From Macrostomum lignano (lineage: Eukaryota): 64,000 bases of DNA. The stretch's first letter is position 1; each line of letters starts with the position of its first letter. Under the pieces are notes generated by a model. It was not told where the DNA came from and made no database searches. It was given only the letters and a program-made list of their open reading frames with translations. The stretch is from positions 1-64,000 of the forward strand of contig NIVC01001252.1 in the NCBI GenBank assembly GCA_002269645.1, given 5' to 3'. Of this stretch, positions 13,143-46,496 are shown one piece after another. Both the position numbers and the translations under genes were made by a program.

Positions 13143-14379
13143 CGGGCCGGAGAACTGATTCTGCCACACTTGGCCATAGACATATTGCGAGTCACTTTAA
13201 CCAAAGTCTGAGAATTTCAAACGCTAATTTCTGAGAAAATCGTGTACAAGCATCCGTCTACTTCAGTTTTCCATGCCTATGCTGCAGAAATCGCAGATCC
13301 GCAGAAACAACAAGTCCGATGGCCAGACCAGGATTCAGGATCCGTTATAAGTTTCAATGCCGTAAATAATCCCAGCCAGAGCAAAGAAATTTCACAATAG
13401 CACGACTGTCAGACGGAGGCGGTTGCACATAATTTTAGAATATGGTACCGCCACCCATATTGCCAGTAGGCAGTATGGTGGCACTTTACTGCGCTTTAGG
13501 AGCCTGGCATTTAGCAATGATCGGAATGTAGCAGCATCGTTGCGAGTTTTTCTTGTTTTTTGGCGCAGTGTTTCAGGTACGAGCTGAGAATGTACTTTTA
13601 TTCTCGTCGATTGGTACGAACTGGGTGTTGGTAAGACTACATAAATGATCCAGCACTATTTGTTAAGTAATATCGGTGATATTGGCTGTTGATTCTATGC
13701 GCGAATATCAGCATATTTTCACGCATCCAGGATGTACTTTTATAGAATTTTATAGATAGCGCAGATAGTTATAATCAACATTTCTTCTACTTTTTCCACA
13801 ACCATCCCGGATATCTCTTTGAATCCTCCAACAACGATTTTTCAAACTCGCACAGCTTTCTGGCACCTTGCTGCCTGCTCTGCACCCCACGCAGAGGGGT
13901 AGAGTCCACTTCTCATTTGTCTTATTCTGTCTATCTTAGAGCCAGATTTGCTGCTCCAATCAATCAACTTCTTGGCGGCTTATGCGCAGTATCCGTAGAA
14001 CGTTAGTAAAATGAAATATTAACAAATCCAACTGGAGTGCATGTGTAACAGAACATACGCAAGTAGGTAATAGACAAAGTTTTTCATTAGATTCGAAGTC
14101 GGTCGATCTTATAAAACAGATGATATTGCCAATTATAGAACTATCTTATAGATGGAATAGAAGTAATACACACGTGGAACTGTCGCAAACTTCACAGCCT
14201 CCGTTACCAACGCAACTCAGAGCTACTACCCTACTTATCACAGCGTATGGTCAACTGCAATTACAGCGTAGTCAGCTGCTTAACTAACCGGAGTCAACTC
14301 TGCTTAACTTTCTGCATTGGCTTAAATGCCCTGACCCATTGAGAGTCATTGAACTTCACGAATTCTCCTAAACCATTTT

Positions 14380-14640
14380 AGTTGATGACGCAATCAGTGC
14401 TCATTAAAAATTAAATTGTTTTCATTTGATGACGCAACCAGTGTTCATTGAAAATTAAATTGTTTTCGTTTGATGACGCAATCAGTGCTCATTGAAAATT
14501 AAATTGTTTTCATTTGATGACGCAACCAGTGTTCATTGAAAATTAAATTGTTTTTAGTTGATGACGCAATCAGTGTTTATTAATTTTTTTGTTTTATTTT
14601 GGTGCTGCAATTGTAGTGTTCATTGAAAATTAATTTCTGT
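14380..14640. repeat. About 54-bp AT-rich tandem repeat, 4-5 copies
   Basis: Unit tgatgacgcaatcagtgctcattgaaaattaaattgttttcatt. Confidence 0.85.
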
Positions 14641-16049
14641 TTATCTGATGATGAAGTCAAATATTTCAGTTATGAGCAAAGCCAAAGGTGCCATTTTTAT
14701 CTATTGAAACTTTAATAACATTAAAAAGCATTCAAGACAGAGATAAAATTTTCAAGATAGCAGCAATTAGAAAAGACAATTTTTCCAAGCAGACAGTCAA
14801 ATTTATAGCAGGCCCCAATTCAATCTCTCAGCGCAGTCAGCTGACAACTCCGCCCCGGCACGAAGTACCAATCTGGATAAAAGCATTCGGAGCAGCGGCC
14901 TCATCCAGGGTCTGAGTGATTCACTGGGGAACTCTAGACTGGGATGAAACACAGATTCCACCGCCCCCGCCCCCAGCTATTCATTCATTTTCATGCCGAC
15001 TCGGCTTCCAAATCCCATTCTTTTCTTCCTCCATACTTCCTGGCTGCCTTCCGAGGTCTTCGCTTCAAATCTCACAAAGGCTTCGCGGGGCCTGAGGAAA
15101 TGATGAGGAGGCAAAAGATTAGCGTGACTGCCCGCGTTGCTGAGGAGGCGAGGGCGGCGAAAGAAAGAAAGAAACATCTCCGAGCATGCCAGATATGAGA
15201 AAATATGAAATTCGTGCTATGATAGCCTGCAGATGTTACTGCATAGGCCTTCCTGTGCCTAGCTGTCACAAGAATTGCTTCGCTCCAGTCACAATCTTCT
15301 GCATGGACAGAGACTACTAGCAATTAACATCTCGGAACAATTTCCTGCGCAGGTTAGCTTGCTTGCAAGGCTGGGAATCTTCGTGTAAACGAGAAACTTT
15401 AGCTGAACCCTCATTACTACTTATCAGTGTCTGTATCGAGCATGACCTCGGCCGAGGCGCAGAGCACAAAATGTCTTCTGCGTGTTGGTCATCGGGGCAG
15501 GCACTCACCCCAAGGACAACTCCAGCTGTCATGGGGTAACTACAAGCCTATCACTACTTTAATTGAGATATAATTCAGAAGAAGTTAACATTAATCAACG
15601 CACATGTTAACAAATTTCGATTATATTAAAATCACATCATCAAAACTTCGAAACGAACATTAATAAAAAAAAGCCTATATAATGTATACTGGCTTCAATA
15701 TTAACGACAATTTTGCTAATAACTTACTGTTCATTACTCTAATGTGGAACTGAGTTGTCTAGCTGCTGCCTAAGAGTTTAATTCACCTTTCTGATTACAG
15801 TTGACAGTGTTACAGGTGGTGGATTCTTTGTGTTATGTAATAATTATCAGAAAGCAGTTTTATTATCTTTTGCCCCCCAAAAAGTTTAGAAGTTATGCGT
15901 TAAAGGATAATCTATATTATAAATGGCAAACGGATAACTGACGGACACAGAAACAGGGGAGATTAGGACATTTATTACGAGCGTATGTACAAAGGGGTGA
16001 GAACTAAAATATCCGATAAGTTATGCGGATTAGCAGGGCAATCAAACTG

Positions 16050-36699
<20,650 letters not shown>

Positions 36700-36986
36700 G
36701 GCTAATCGGTGCTCAGCTGCTCAGCTGGTGGGAAGCTTGTCGCTTTCAATGCTGAGGGTTTGTTGGGAATTGAAATTTCTGTGTTTGCTTTAAACACGGG
36801 GTCGGTAGCAAACAATTGGGGAAATGTGGGATGGAAGAAGCGGCATTGGAAAGTAATAATTTATTGTTTTTAATACGAGAAGCAAATAAGATCGTAAAAC
36901 GTTTCATTTTTATATTAAGAGAAGCTCTTTCGAACTCGTCGCCATGGAGGTACGTTTGTAATGGGGTTTTCTAGTAAAAATGCGAA

Positions 36987-37000
36987 CAGACAGATGGATG

Positions 37001-37038
<38 letters not shown>

Positions 37039-37054
37039 AGACAGTCACACAGAA

Positions 37055-37133
<79 letters not shown>

Positions 37134-37182
37134 TAGACAGATAGACAGACAGACCGACAGACAGACAGACAGACAGATAGAC

Positions 37183-37253
<71 letters not shown>

Positions 37254-37254
37254 A

Positions 37255-37291
<37 letters not shown>

Positions 37292-37292
37292 A

Positions 37293-37341
<49 letters not shown>

Positions 37342-37361
37342 AAACAGACAGACAGACACTA

Positions 37362-37458
<97 letters not shown>
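36987..37458. repeat. (GACA)n microsatellite
   Basis: Direct reading. Confidence 0.97.
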
Positions 37459-37849
37459 CATAAGCGGAAAGGCAATCGGCAATCGGGGGAGGCAGAGCAG
37501 TGCTTGGCTGGGGGGGGGCAATCAAAATCGGAAAATAACGCGGAGTCAGTCCGCTTCCCTTCTCAAAAGGTTGCAATATTATTGGAAAAAACGACAAATT
37601 CAATCAGCGTAATGTATAGAAACAAGGCAGCTGCTTCAGTCTCTGATGAAGCAGGGAGAGGCAGGCTTGAGAGACAGACTGAGGCCTGCTCAGCCTCAGA
37701 ATAGTATAATGATTTCTGAATTGTTGATTTGGCAAGGATCGAAATAACCATAAATTTGGAGCTGTCCGGGGGAGGGTGAACAGTGTCCAGATTCTGCTTT
37801 TTTGTATCTCGATGGCGCGTCCACGGGTGAGATGATAGCTCGTACTCGG

Positions 37850-37928
37850 GAATGATACTCGCTAATGATACTCGGCAATGATACTCGGCAATGATACTCG
37901 GCAATGATACTTAACAGTGATACTCGGT
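37850..37928. repeat. 13-bp repeat atgatactcggca
   Basis: About 6 copies. Confidence 0.85.
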
Positions 37929-38132
37929 AACTCACCTATCAGAAAATGGTTCTTCAGCCTCTGCTGGTTTTTGGTCGATAGAGACAATAAATATAAACGA
38001 TGTGTTCCACACTGTGTTAGTGAGATTTGTGCGCCTTTCAAAGCTAAAATTCGAAGCTTATTGTAAAGTCAACTGTGCGCCATGGAGAGGCTGAGCGCTA
38101 ATATAACGCTCTCTTCTCTCTATGAGAGGAAT

Positions 38133-38365
38133 GGGGTGGGCAGCCCATCATAGTGGCTGGATTGCCTCCCAGCCTCCATCATCAGCCCCGCCCAATCCAT
38201 CGCTCAGTTAGGGATCGAGTAGCTACGCCGCAGCGCCAGGTGGGGTGAGGAGGGGAAGCACGCCAGGACAGGACAAAGAGACATCCCGGGATTGGGCTCG
38301 ACCCAGTCTTCCTGGATCTCCAGGAGCCGAGAGCCTTGCTGAGACCGACTAACCCCACCCTCACC
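38133..38365 (-). mobile_element. Putative SINE / structured Pol III-like element
   Basis: A/B-box-like motifs (GGTTAGTCGG; GGGTCGAGCCC), 7-bp closing stem GGGTGGG/CCCACCC, internal hairpins; family not identified. Confidence 0.35.
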
Positions 38366-38427
38366 GAAGGTTAGAACTGCTACTCTCATTGGCTATCTGG
38401 TGTTTGCACACAGATTTCACAGGTAGA

Positions 38428-39225
38428 GCTCTCTCTCCCTAACTCCTCTCTCTCTCGCTCTCTCTTTCTCTCTCTCTCTCTCTTTCTTTCTCTTTCCCTA
38501 ACTCTCTGCCTCTGTCTCTCTCTCTCCCTAACTCTCTCCCTAACTCTCTGCCCTGTCTCTCTCTCTCTCCCTAACTCTCTGCCCTGTCTCTCTCTCTCCC
38601 TAACTCTCTGCCTCTGTCTCTCTCTCTCCCTAACTCTCTGGCCTGTCTCTCTCTCTCCCTAACTCTCTCCCTAACTCTCTGCCCTGTCTCTCTCTCTCTC
38701 TCCCTAACTCTCTGCCCTGTCTCTCTCTCTCTCTCTCTCCCTAACTCTCTGCCCTGTCTCTCTCTCTCCCTAACTCTCTGGCCTGTCTCTCTCTCTCTCC
38801 CTAACTCTCTGCCCTGTCTCTCTCTCTCTCTCCCTAACTCTCTGCCCTGTCTCTCTCTCTCTCCCTAACTCTCTGCCCTGTTTCTCTCTCTCTATCTCTC
38901 CCCCTAACTCTCTGCCCTGTCTCTCTCTCTCCCTAACTCTCTGCCCTGTCTCTCTCTCTCCCTAACTTTCTGCCCTGTCTCTCTCTCTCTCCCTAACTCT
39001 CTGCCCTGTCTCTCTCTCTCTCTCCCTAACTCTCTGCCCTGTCTCTCTCTCTCTCTCTCTCTCCCTAACTCTCTGCCCTGTCTCTCTCTCTCTCCCTAAC
39101 TCTCTGCCCTGTCTCTCTCTCTCTCCCTAACTCTCTGCCCTGTCTCTCTCTCTCTCTCCCTAACTCTCTGCCCTGTCTCTCTCTCTCCCTAACTCTCTGC
39201 CTCTGTCTCTCCCTCTCCCTCTGTC
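38428..39225. repeat. About 28-32 bp minisatellite containing CCCTAA
   Basis: Unit ccctaactctctgccctg(tc)n. Confidence 0.93.
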
Positions 39226-39403
39226 TCCTTCCTTTATCTTTCTCTCCCTCTTTCCTGGACTCTGGCATCCCATTTCGCTTTTAGCAGGGGATTTCCCGAT
39301 AAAATTCGGCATACATTAAGCCGTTTTTACCAAAAAAATAAATTGAATAGATGGATAGATATTCTCAGAATGAATTCATTTCAGCAGCGAGTTCAGTATT
39401 TAC

Positions 39404-39438
<35 letters not shown>

Positions 39439-39874
39439 GGATTATCATCTCTCTTAGCTCCTCATCATTTAAAATTTGTATTTGAATTCGGGAAATTGTT
39501 AACTATTAGTCTTCATTGGAGGAATCGGCCGGCGCTACTGCCCCCCAGCGACAAGGCCAGCTCGGTTCTAACTACTCGAGTATTCTAGTTTAGCAGTCTG
39601 TGTATCAGTTATTTCTTTGTTGCTTACCATCTTCAGACATTGCCATCTCCTGCTACTTGCATTAATTCCCAACTCATTTGCTCTAGAAAGCCAACCTAGT
39701 TGATTAGCTAGCTACTGATGAGGCTAGTGGTCGGATTCTGGGAAGATTGATACCTTCTGTTTGATGCACACGTTTTGGATGGCCTTGATTGGCTTTCTAA
39801 ACAGAAGGCAGACTCCAATGCGGGCTGCCGGGGAGATTAGCGAAATTAACTGAAGTTCGATTAATTAACATTAT

Positions 39875-41128
39875 TGCATTGTAGACAGGGTAGAGAGGGT
39901 AGACAGGGTAGATATAGTAGGCACTGTACGTAAGTTGGTCAGGGCAAAAAGGTATAGACAGGTTAGGTAGGGTAGGCAAATTATTCTAGGGTAGACAAAG
40001 TAGGTAGGGTAGGCAGGGTAGGTACGGTAGACAAATTATTCTAGGGTAGACAAAGTAGGTAGGATAAGCAGGGTAGGCAGGGTAGGTAGGGTAGGCAAAG
40101 TTGGTAGAGTAGACAGGGTAGGCAGGGCAGGGTGGCAGAGGCCACCCTAGCTATCCTGCCCTTTGCCTGTACTTTGCCTACCCCGCCCACTCTGCGTATC
40201 CTGCCTACCCTACCTACTCTGCCTACTCTGCCTACCCTGCCTACGCTGCCTACCCTGCCTACTCTGCCTACCCTGCCTTCCCTGCCTACCCTGCCTTAGC
40301 TGCAGGGCGGTCCGAAGACGCAGCGGGGAGGCGAGCGTCGCCCATTCCGCTACCTACCCTGCCTACTTTACCTACCATGCCATACCCTGGCCACTCTAGC
40401 TATCCTGCCTACATGTACTTTGCCTACCCCGCCCACTCAGCGTATCCTGCCTACCCTGCCACGGGTAATTTTTCGAAAGCCAATTTCCTGGAAAAAATAC
40501 GTTGCGGAGATAGGAAAAAGTCATTTTTTTCATCACAACCAATGATTGCATGTGATCAGCGGCAGAAAAAGATTATCATTTTTTTAATTTACTCGTAGCA
40601 TGCACAGTATGTTAGCTAGTGCTCTGTTATGTGTTCTATAGCTGTGTGATTAGAGCTTATAGAGTTTCATTTTCATAAATTTTTTTTACCCTGCCACCCT
40701 GCCTACCCTGCCTACCCTGCCTACCCTGCCTACCCTGCCTACCCTGCCCTGCCTACCCTGTCTACTCTACCAACTTTGCCTACCCTACCTACCCTGCCTA
40801 CCCTGCCTACCCTACCTACCCTGCCTACTCTGCCTACCCTGCCTACCCTGCCTACCCTGCCTACCCTGCCTACCCTGCCTACCCTGCCTACCCTGCATAC
40901 CCTGCCTACCCTACCTACTTTGTCTACCCTAGAATAATTTGCCTACCCTACCTAACCTGCCTATACCTTTTTGCCCTGACCAACTTACGTACAGTGCCTA
41001 CTATATCTACCCTGCCTACAATGCAGAATGCACCATATAATGCCAGGGTAGGCAGGGTAGGCAGGGAAGGCAGGGTAGGCAGAGTAGACAGGGTAGGCAG
41101 GGTAGGCAGGGTAGGCAGGGTAGGCAAA
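39875..41128. mobile_element. Foldback-like element with long inverted arms built from 9-bp repeats
   Basis: 39875-40140 is the reverse complement of about 40690-41027, including unique segments (gcactgtacgtaagttggtcagggcaaaaaggtatag / ctatacctttttgccctgaccaacttacgtacagtgc). Confidence 0.75.
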
Positions 41129-41569
41129 ATATTAATTTGCAAAGCCCCGAGTTCGCGCCCGAATAGCAGGCACCTCAGATATCAATAGGAGAATCCGGGG
41201 GCGTTCGGGGCGGTTAATCGCTACCCGACTCCGGCAGCAATTAGATCCAAGTGCTGAAGCAAAATGAAACAAACGGGGAGAGGGTCCGCCAGTGAAGCAA
41301 ATTTTTTTAGCTCTAATTAGCGCCTTGTTTCGAATTCCGTAGGTGCAAATTAATTTCTGCAGAGCTGGGGAGCAGAACCCGGCTACCACCCCGATTAGGC
41401 AACCCGCATGCTGCACTAATTACGAGCCGTAAGTAGGACTCTCAACCAGCCACTGCGATGCTTTCTGCTTTGATTTCTCCCGTCTCTTTACAGAATACAG
41501 AGTTGGATATAAGAGTGTCATTGTGGCGCAATCTCAACTCACTGTAACCAACCTTATGAGATATTTACC

Positions 41570-42655
41570 TATGAAGTTCCATCCCTATGAGATTCCATCC
41601 CTATGAGATTCCATCCCTATGAGATTCCATCCCTATGAGATTCCATCCCTATGAGATTCCATCCCTATGAGATTCCATCCCTATGAGATTCCATCCCTAT
41701 GAGATTCCATCCCTATGAGATTCCATCCCTATGAGATTCCATCCCTATTAGATTCGATTCCATCCCTATGAGATTCCATCCCTATGAGATTCGATTCCAT
41801 CCCTATGAGATTCCATCCTTATGAGATTCCATCCCTATTAGATTCCATCATTATGAGATTCCATCCCTATTAGATTCGATTCCATCCCTATGAGATTCCA
41901 TCCCTATGAGATTCCATCATTATGAGATTCCATCCCTATTAGATTCGATTCCATCCCTATGAGATTCCATCCCTATGAGATTCGATTCCATCCCTATGAG
42001 ATTCCATCCTTATGAGATTCCATCCCTATTAGATTCCATCCCTATTAGATTCGATTCCATCCCTATGAGATTCCATCCTTATGAGATTCCATTCCTATTA
42101 GATTCGATTCCATCCCTATGAGATTCCATCCATATGAGATTCCATCCTTATGAGATTCCATCCCTATTAGATTCCATCCCTATGAGATTCCATCCCTATG
42201 AGATTCCATCCCTATGAGATTCCATCCCTATGAGATTCCATCCCTATGAGATTCCATCCCTATGAGATTCCATCCCTATGAGATTCCATCCCTATGAGAT
42301 TCCATCCCTATGAGATTCCATCCCTATGAGATTCCATCCCTATGAGATTCCATCCCTATGAGATTCCATCCCTATGAGATTCCATCCCTATGAGATTCCA
42401 TCCCTATGAGATTCCATCCCTATGAGATTCCATCCCTATGAGATTCCATCCCTATGAGATTCCATCCCTATGAGATTCCATCCCTATGAGATTCCATCCC
42501 TATGAGATTCCATCCCTATGAGATTCCATCCCTATGAGATTCCATCCCTATGAGATTCCATCCCTATGAGATTCCATCCCTATGAGATTCCATCCCTATG
42601 AGATTCCATCCCTATGAGATTCCATCCCTATGAGATTCCATCCCTATTAGATTCC
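41570..42655. repeat. 16-bp satellite A (atgagattccatccct)
   Basis: Direct reading. Confidence 0.97.
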
Positions 42656-42729
42656 ATTCCAAATGAGATTCCAACTTTTTGAGATTCGATCCTTCTGAGA
42701 TCCCATTTGCATGAGATTCCATCAATTCT

Positions 42730-43600
42730 ATCTCATCCCTACGAGATCTCATCCCTACGAGATCTCATCCCTACGAGATCTCATCTCTACGAGATCTCAT
42801 CCCTACGAGATCTCATCCCTACGAGATCTCATCCCTACGAGATCTCATCCCTACGAGATCTCATCCCTACGAGATCTCATCCCTACGAGATCTCATCCCT
42901 ACGAGATCTCATCCCTACGAGATCTCATCCTACGAGATCCCTAAGAGATCTCATCCCTACGAGATCTCATTCCTACGAGATCTCATCCTACGAGATCCCT
43001 AAGAGATCTCATCCCTACGAGATCTCATCCCTACGAGATCTCATCCTACGAGATCCCTAAGACATCTCATCCCTACGAGATCTCATCCCTACGAGATCTC
43101 ATCCCTACGAGATCTCATCCCTACGAGATCTCATCCCTACGAGATCTCATCCCTACGAGATCTCATCCCTACGAGATCTCATCCCTACGAGATCTCATCC
43201 CTACGAGATCTCATCCCTACGAGATCTCATCCCTACGAGATCTCATCCCTACGAGATCTCATCCTACGAGATCCCTAAGAGATCTCATCCCTACGAGATC
43301 TCATCCCTACGAGATCTCATCCTACGAGATCCCTAAGAGATCTCATCCCTACGAGATCTCATCCCTACGAGATCTCATCCTACGAGATCCCTAAGACATC
43401 TCATCCCTACGAGATCTCATCCCTACGAGATCTCATCCCTACGAGATCTCATCCCTACGAGATCTCATCCCTACGAGATCTCATCCCTACGAGATCTCAT
43501 CCCTACGAGATCTCATCCCTACGAGATCTCATCCCTACGAGATCTCATCCCTACGAGATCTCACCCCTACGAGATCTCATCCCTACGAGATCTCATCCAT
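42730..43600. repeat. 16-bp satellite B (acgagatctcatccct)
   Basis: Direct reading; 3 substitutions from satellite A. Confidence 0.97.
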
Positions 43601-44159
43601 ATGAAACCGTATCCGTCAAAGACCCTGATTGAACAGAAGTCTCATCCAATCAACCAGTTTTAGCCATATAGGCAATCAATTATCTCATTAAAAAAAGTAC
43701 CAGTATGCTTAGAGAATGAAAGCCTCAATAATATTTATATTCTATCGAATTAACTCAGGCTCGAGTCCGGATGATAACTCTGGTTCCACACCACACAAAA
43801 ACCAACTCAGCTTCGGAGCTTTATTTACTAGCTCGCGCGTGCGCCTACGCGCAATTCTTCATCTGCGCGCGTGTCGCGCCCCGTGAGAATTGAGAGGCGG
43901 GGTTAGTGGAGAAGGGAGGAGGGCGGGCTGTTTTATGGCTGTGAGCCACTTTATATGCCGAAGAGCGGGTGAGTGGCAGTCACTTATAAGAAATTTTGCC
44001 GCTTGTACTGGCGTATTAGGCGTGGGAAGCGGTTATAACAAGATGCAGCTCATATTTTGGCCCAGTTCGAGATATGCACCATTTGTCCGGATACAAATAC
44101 TCGATTACTAGAGTCCCCTCGAGGTCACTTGCATCTGCTCTCAAGCACTTCTCATTATC

Positions 44160-45450
44160 TTGTAACTGTTCTCACTCTCTTCTCACACTGTTATCATCCT
44201 ATTCTCACACTGTTCTCACTCTCTTCTCACACTGTTCTCACTCTCTTCTCACACTGTTCTCATTCTCTTCTCACACTGTTATCATCCTATTCTCACACTG
44301 TTCTCACTCTCTTCTCACACTGTTCTCACTATATTCTCACACTGTTCTCATTCTATTCTCATACTGTTCTCACTCTATTCTCACACTGTTCTCACTCTAT
44401 TCTCACACTGTTCTCATTCTATTCTCACACTGTTCTCACTCTATTCTCACACTGTTCTCATTCTATTCTCACACTGTTCTCACTCTATTCTCACACTGTT
44501 CTCATTCTATTCTCATACTGTTCTCACTCTCTTCTCACACTGTTTTCACTCTCTTCTCACACTGTTCTTATCCTATTCTCACACTGTTCTCATTCTATTC
44601 TCACACTGTTCTCATTCTATTCTCACACTGTTCTCATTCTATTCTCACACTGTTCTCACTCTATTCTCACACTGTTCTCACTCTATTCTCACACTGTTCT
44701 CATTCTATTCTCACACTGTTCTCACTCTATTCTCACACTGTTCTCATTCTATTCTCACACTGTTCTCACTCTATTCTCACACTGTTCTCATTCTATTCTC
44801 ATACTGTTCTCACTCTCTTCTCACACTGTTTTCACTCTCTTCTCACACTGTTCTTATCCTATTCTCACACTGTTCTCATTCTCTTCTCACACTGTTCTCA
44901 TTCTCTTCTCACACTGTTCTCATTCTATTCTCACACTGTTCTCACTCTATTCTCACACTGTTCTCATTCTATTCTCACACTGTTCTCATTCTATTCTCAC
45001 ACTGTTCTCACTCTATTCTCACACTGTTCTCATCCTATTCTCACACTGTTCTTATCCTATTCTCACACTGTTCTCATTCTCTTCTCACACTGTTCTCATT
45101 CTCTTCTCACACTGTTCTCATTCTCTTCTCACACTGTTCTCACTCTATTCTCACACTGTTCTCATTCTATTCTCACACTGTTCTCACTCTATTCTCACAC
45201 TGTTCTCACTCTCTTCTCACATTGTTCTCACTCTATTCTCACAGTGTTCTCACTCTTTTCTCACACTGTTCTCACTCTATTCTCACACTGTTCTCACTCT
45301 ATTCTCACACTGTTCTCACTCTCTTCTCACACTGTTCTCACTCTCTTCTCACACTGTTCTCATTCTCTTCTCACACTGTTCTCACTTTCTTCTCACACTG
45401 TTCTCACTTTCTTCTCACACTGTTCTCCACTATTCTCACACTGTTCTCAT
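44160..45450. repeat. 21-bp minisatellite
   Basis: Unit tctcacactgttctca(c/t)tct(a/c)t. Confidence 0.96.
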
Positions 45451-45660
45451 CAACCACTCGGTCTCAGATCTGCATATTTTCCCTGCTCTCAGCCTCAGTC
45501 TGTTCTGAAGCCAAACTTTGTAAAGCTCAGAAACGCGGCAAATTCAAATAATCTTGTTAGCTAAATGAAGTCATGCTTTGTTCTAAAATCAAATTAAAGA
45601 GCAGAATCCGTGGCAGAAATAAACAACGCAAAACCGAAGGGTCACGCAGAGGATGCCGGA

Positions 45661-46017
45661 CTAGGTCGCTGAGATAGGATGAGTCTGGGTGCACGGCAGG
45701 CCCTGCCTAGCATTGTGGATCTGCTTGACCACCCAGGCCAGCAGGCGGTCCGTGAAAGGATCCGTTGAACTAGCTGACGATGTGGACCTCTCGTACACCA
45801 GGGCCCCGTTGATGAACACGGTGAAGCCTTCGCGACGGCCGATCCGGCTGACCAGCAGGACATCCGGGTGGCCGACGGCCAGGGTCTGCTGCAGCCGGTC
45901 CAAGCAGGCGAAGCTGCCCTGGCCGCGGAACAGCACGTGTACTCGGATCAGGCCGGCCAGCTCTGAGCAGGTTGGCAGCCGGCCAGACAATGCGTAGCTG
46001 TGCTGCGAGTACACCAT
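45661..46017 (-). CDS. Rdx-family (MIEN1/C17orf37, SelW-like) thioredoxin-fold protein lacking CxxC/U, 118 aa
   Basis: HPDVLLVSRIGRREGFTVFINGALVYER aligns without gaps to MIEN1 [28 protein letters not shown] (recalled sequence); IRVHVLFRGQGSF matches VRIVVEYCEPCGF; ATG preceded by tatag. Confidence 0.7.
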   Translation of the reverse strand: MVYSQHSYALSGRLPTCSELAGLIRVHVLFRGQGSFACLDRLQQTLAVGHPDVLLVSRIGRREGFTVFINGALVYERSTSSASSTDPFTDRLLAWVVKQIHNARQGLPCTQTHPISAT

Positions 46018-46496
46018 GACTATACATAAATATTTATAGCCAGCTCATCACGCGCTCGGGGTCCATTCAGAAATTTTTTCTAACGTTTTTTGGTCATAGA
46101 TATTTTCTAGAAATTTCCTTGCTTAGGATTCCTTTAGTCCAGATATTATTTTTAGATGTTCATGTCAGTTTAGTCATGGACTTTTAAAATACAGGAAACT
46201 GGACTAGAAGCACTCCTTGATAAATGATAACAATTGCAAGATGGCTAAGATAATTCTTGTCCATTCCGCTGACTCCTGAGCATATGCAAGCGCGCCAATA
46301 CTGTACGCAGGCACAGCACTCATATGTACGCTCACACAAGGTATACAGTGGCCTCATATATTATGACATCATATAAATTAAAACGACATGTCTAAAGTCG
46401 TTTTTCGATTGATATGTTTAATTCACTACTTTATATGCGTGCCATAGTAGAATCAAGTGGACATAACAAATATTTTTACAGTTAAATTCTTTACAA

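Noticed and set aside
14688-15532. Short ORFs downstream of RasGRF
   Set aside because: No recognisable domain or consistent splice structure
38133-38365. U3 snoRNA candidate (AGGAAGA, GAGCG, TGATGA motifs)
   Set aside because: No U3 5' domain, wrong box spacing and no terminal CTGA box D
43772-44040. Possible solo LTR (TG...CA ends, TATA and AATAAA on the minus strand)
   Set aside because: No matching 4-6 bp TSD found; left unannotated
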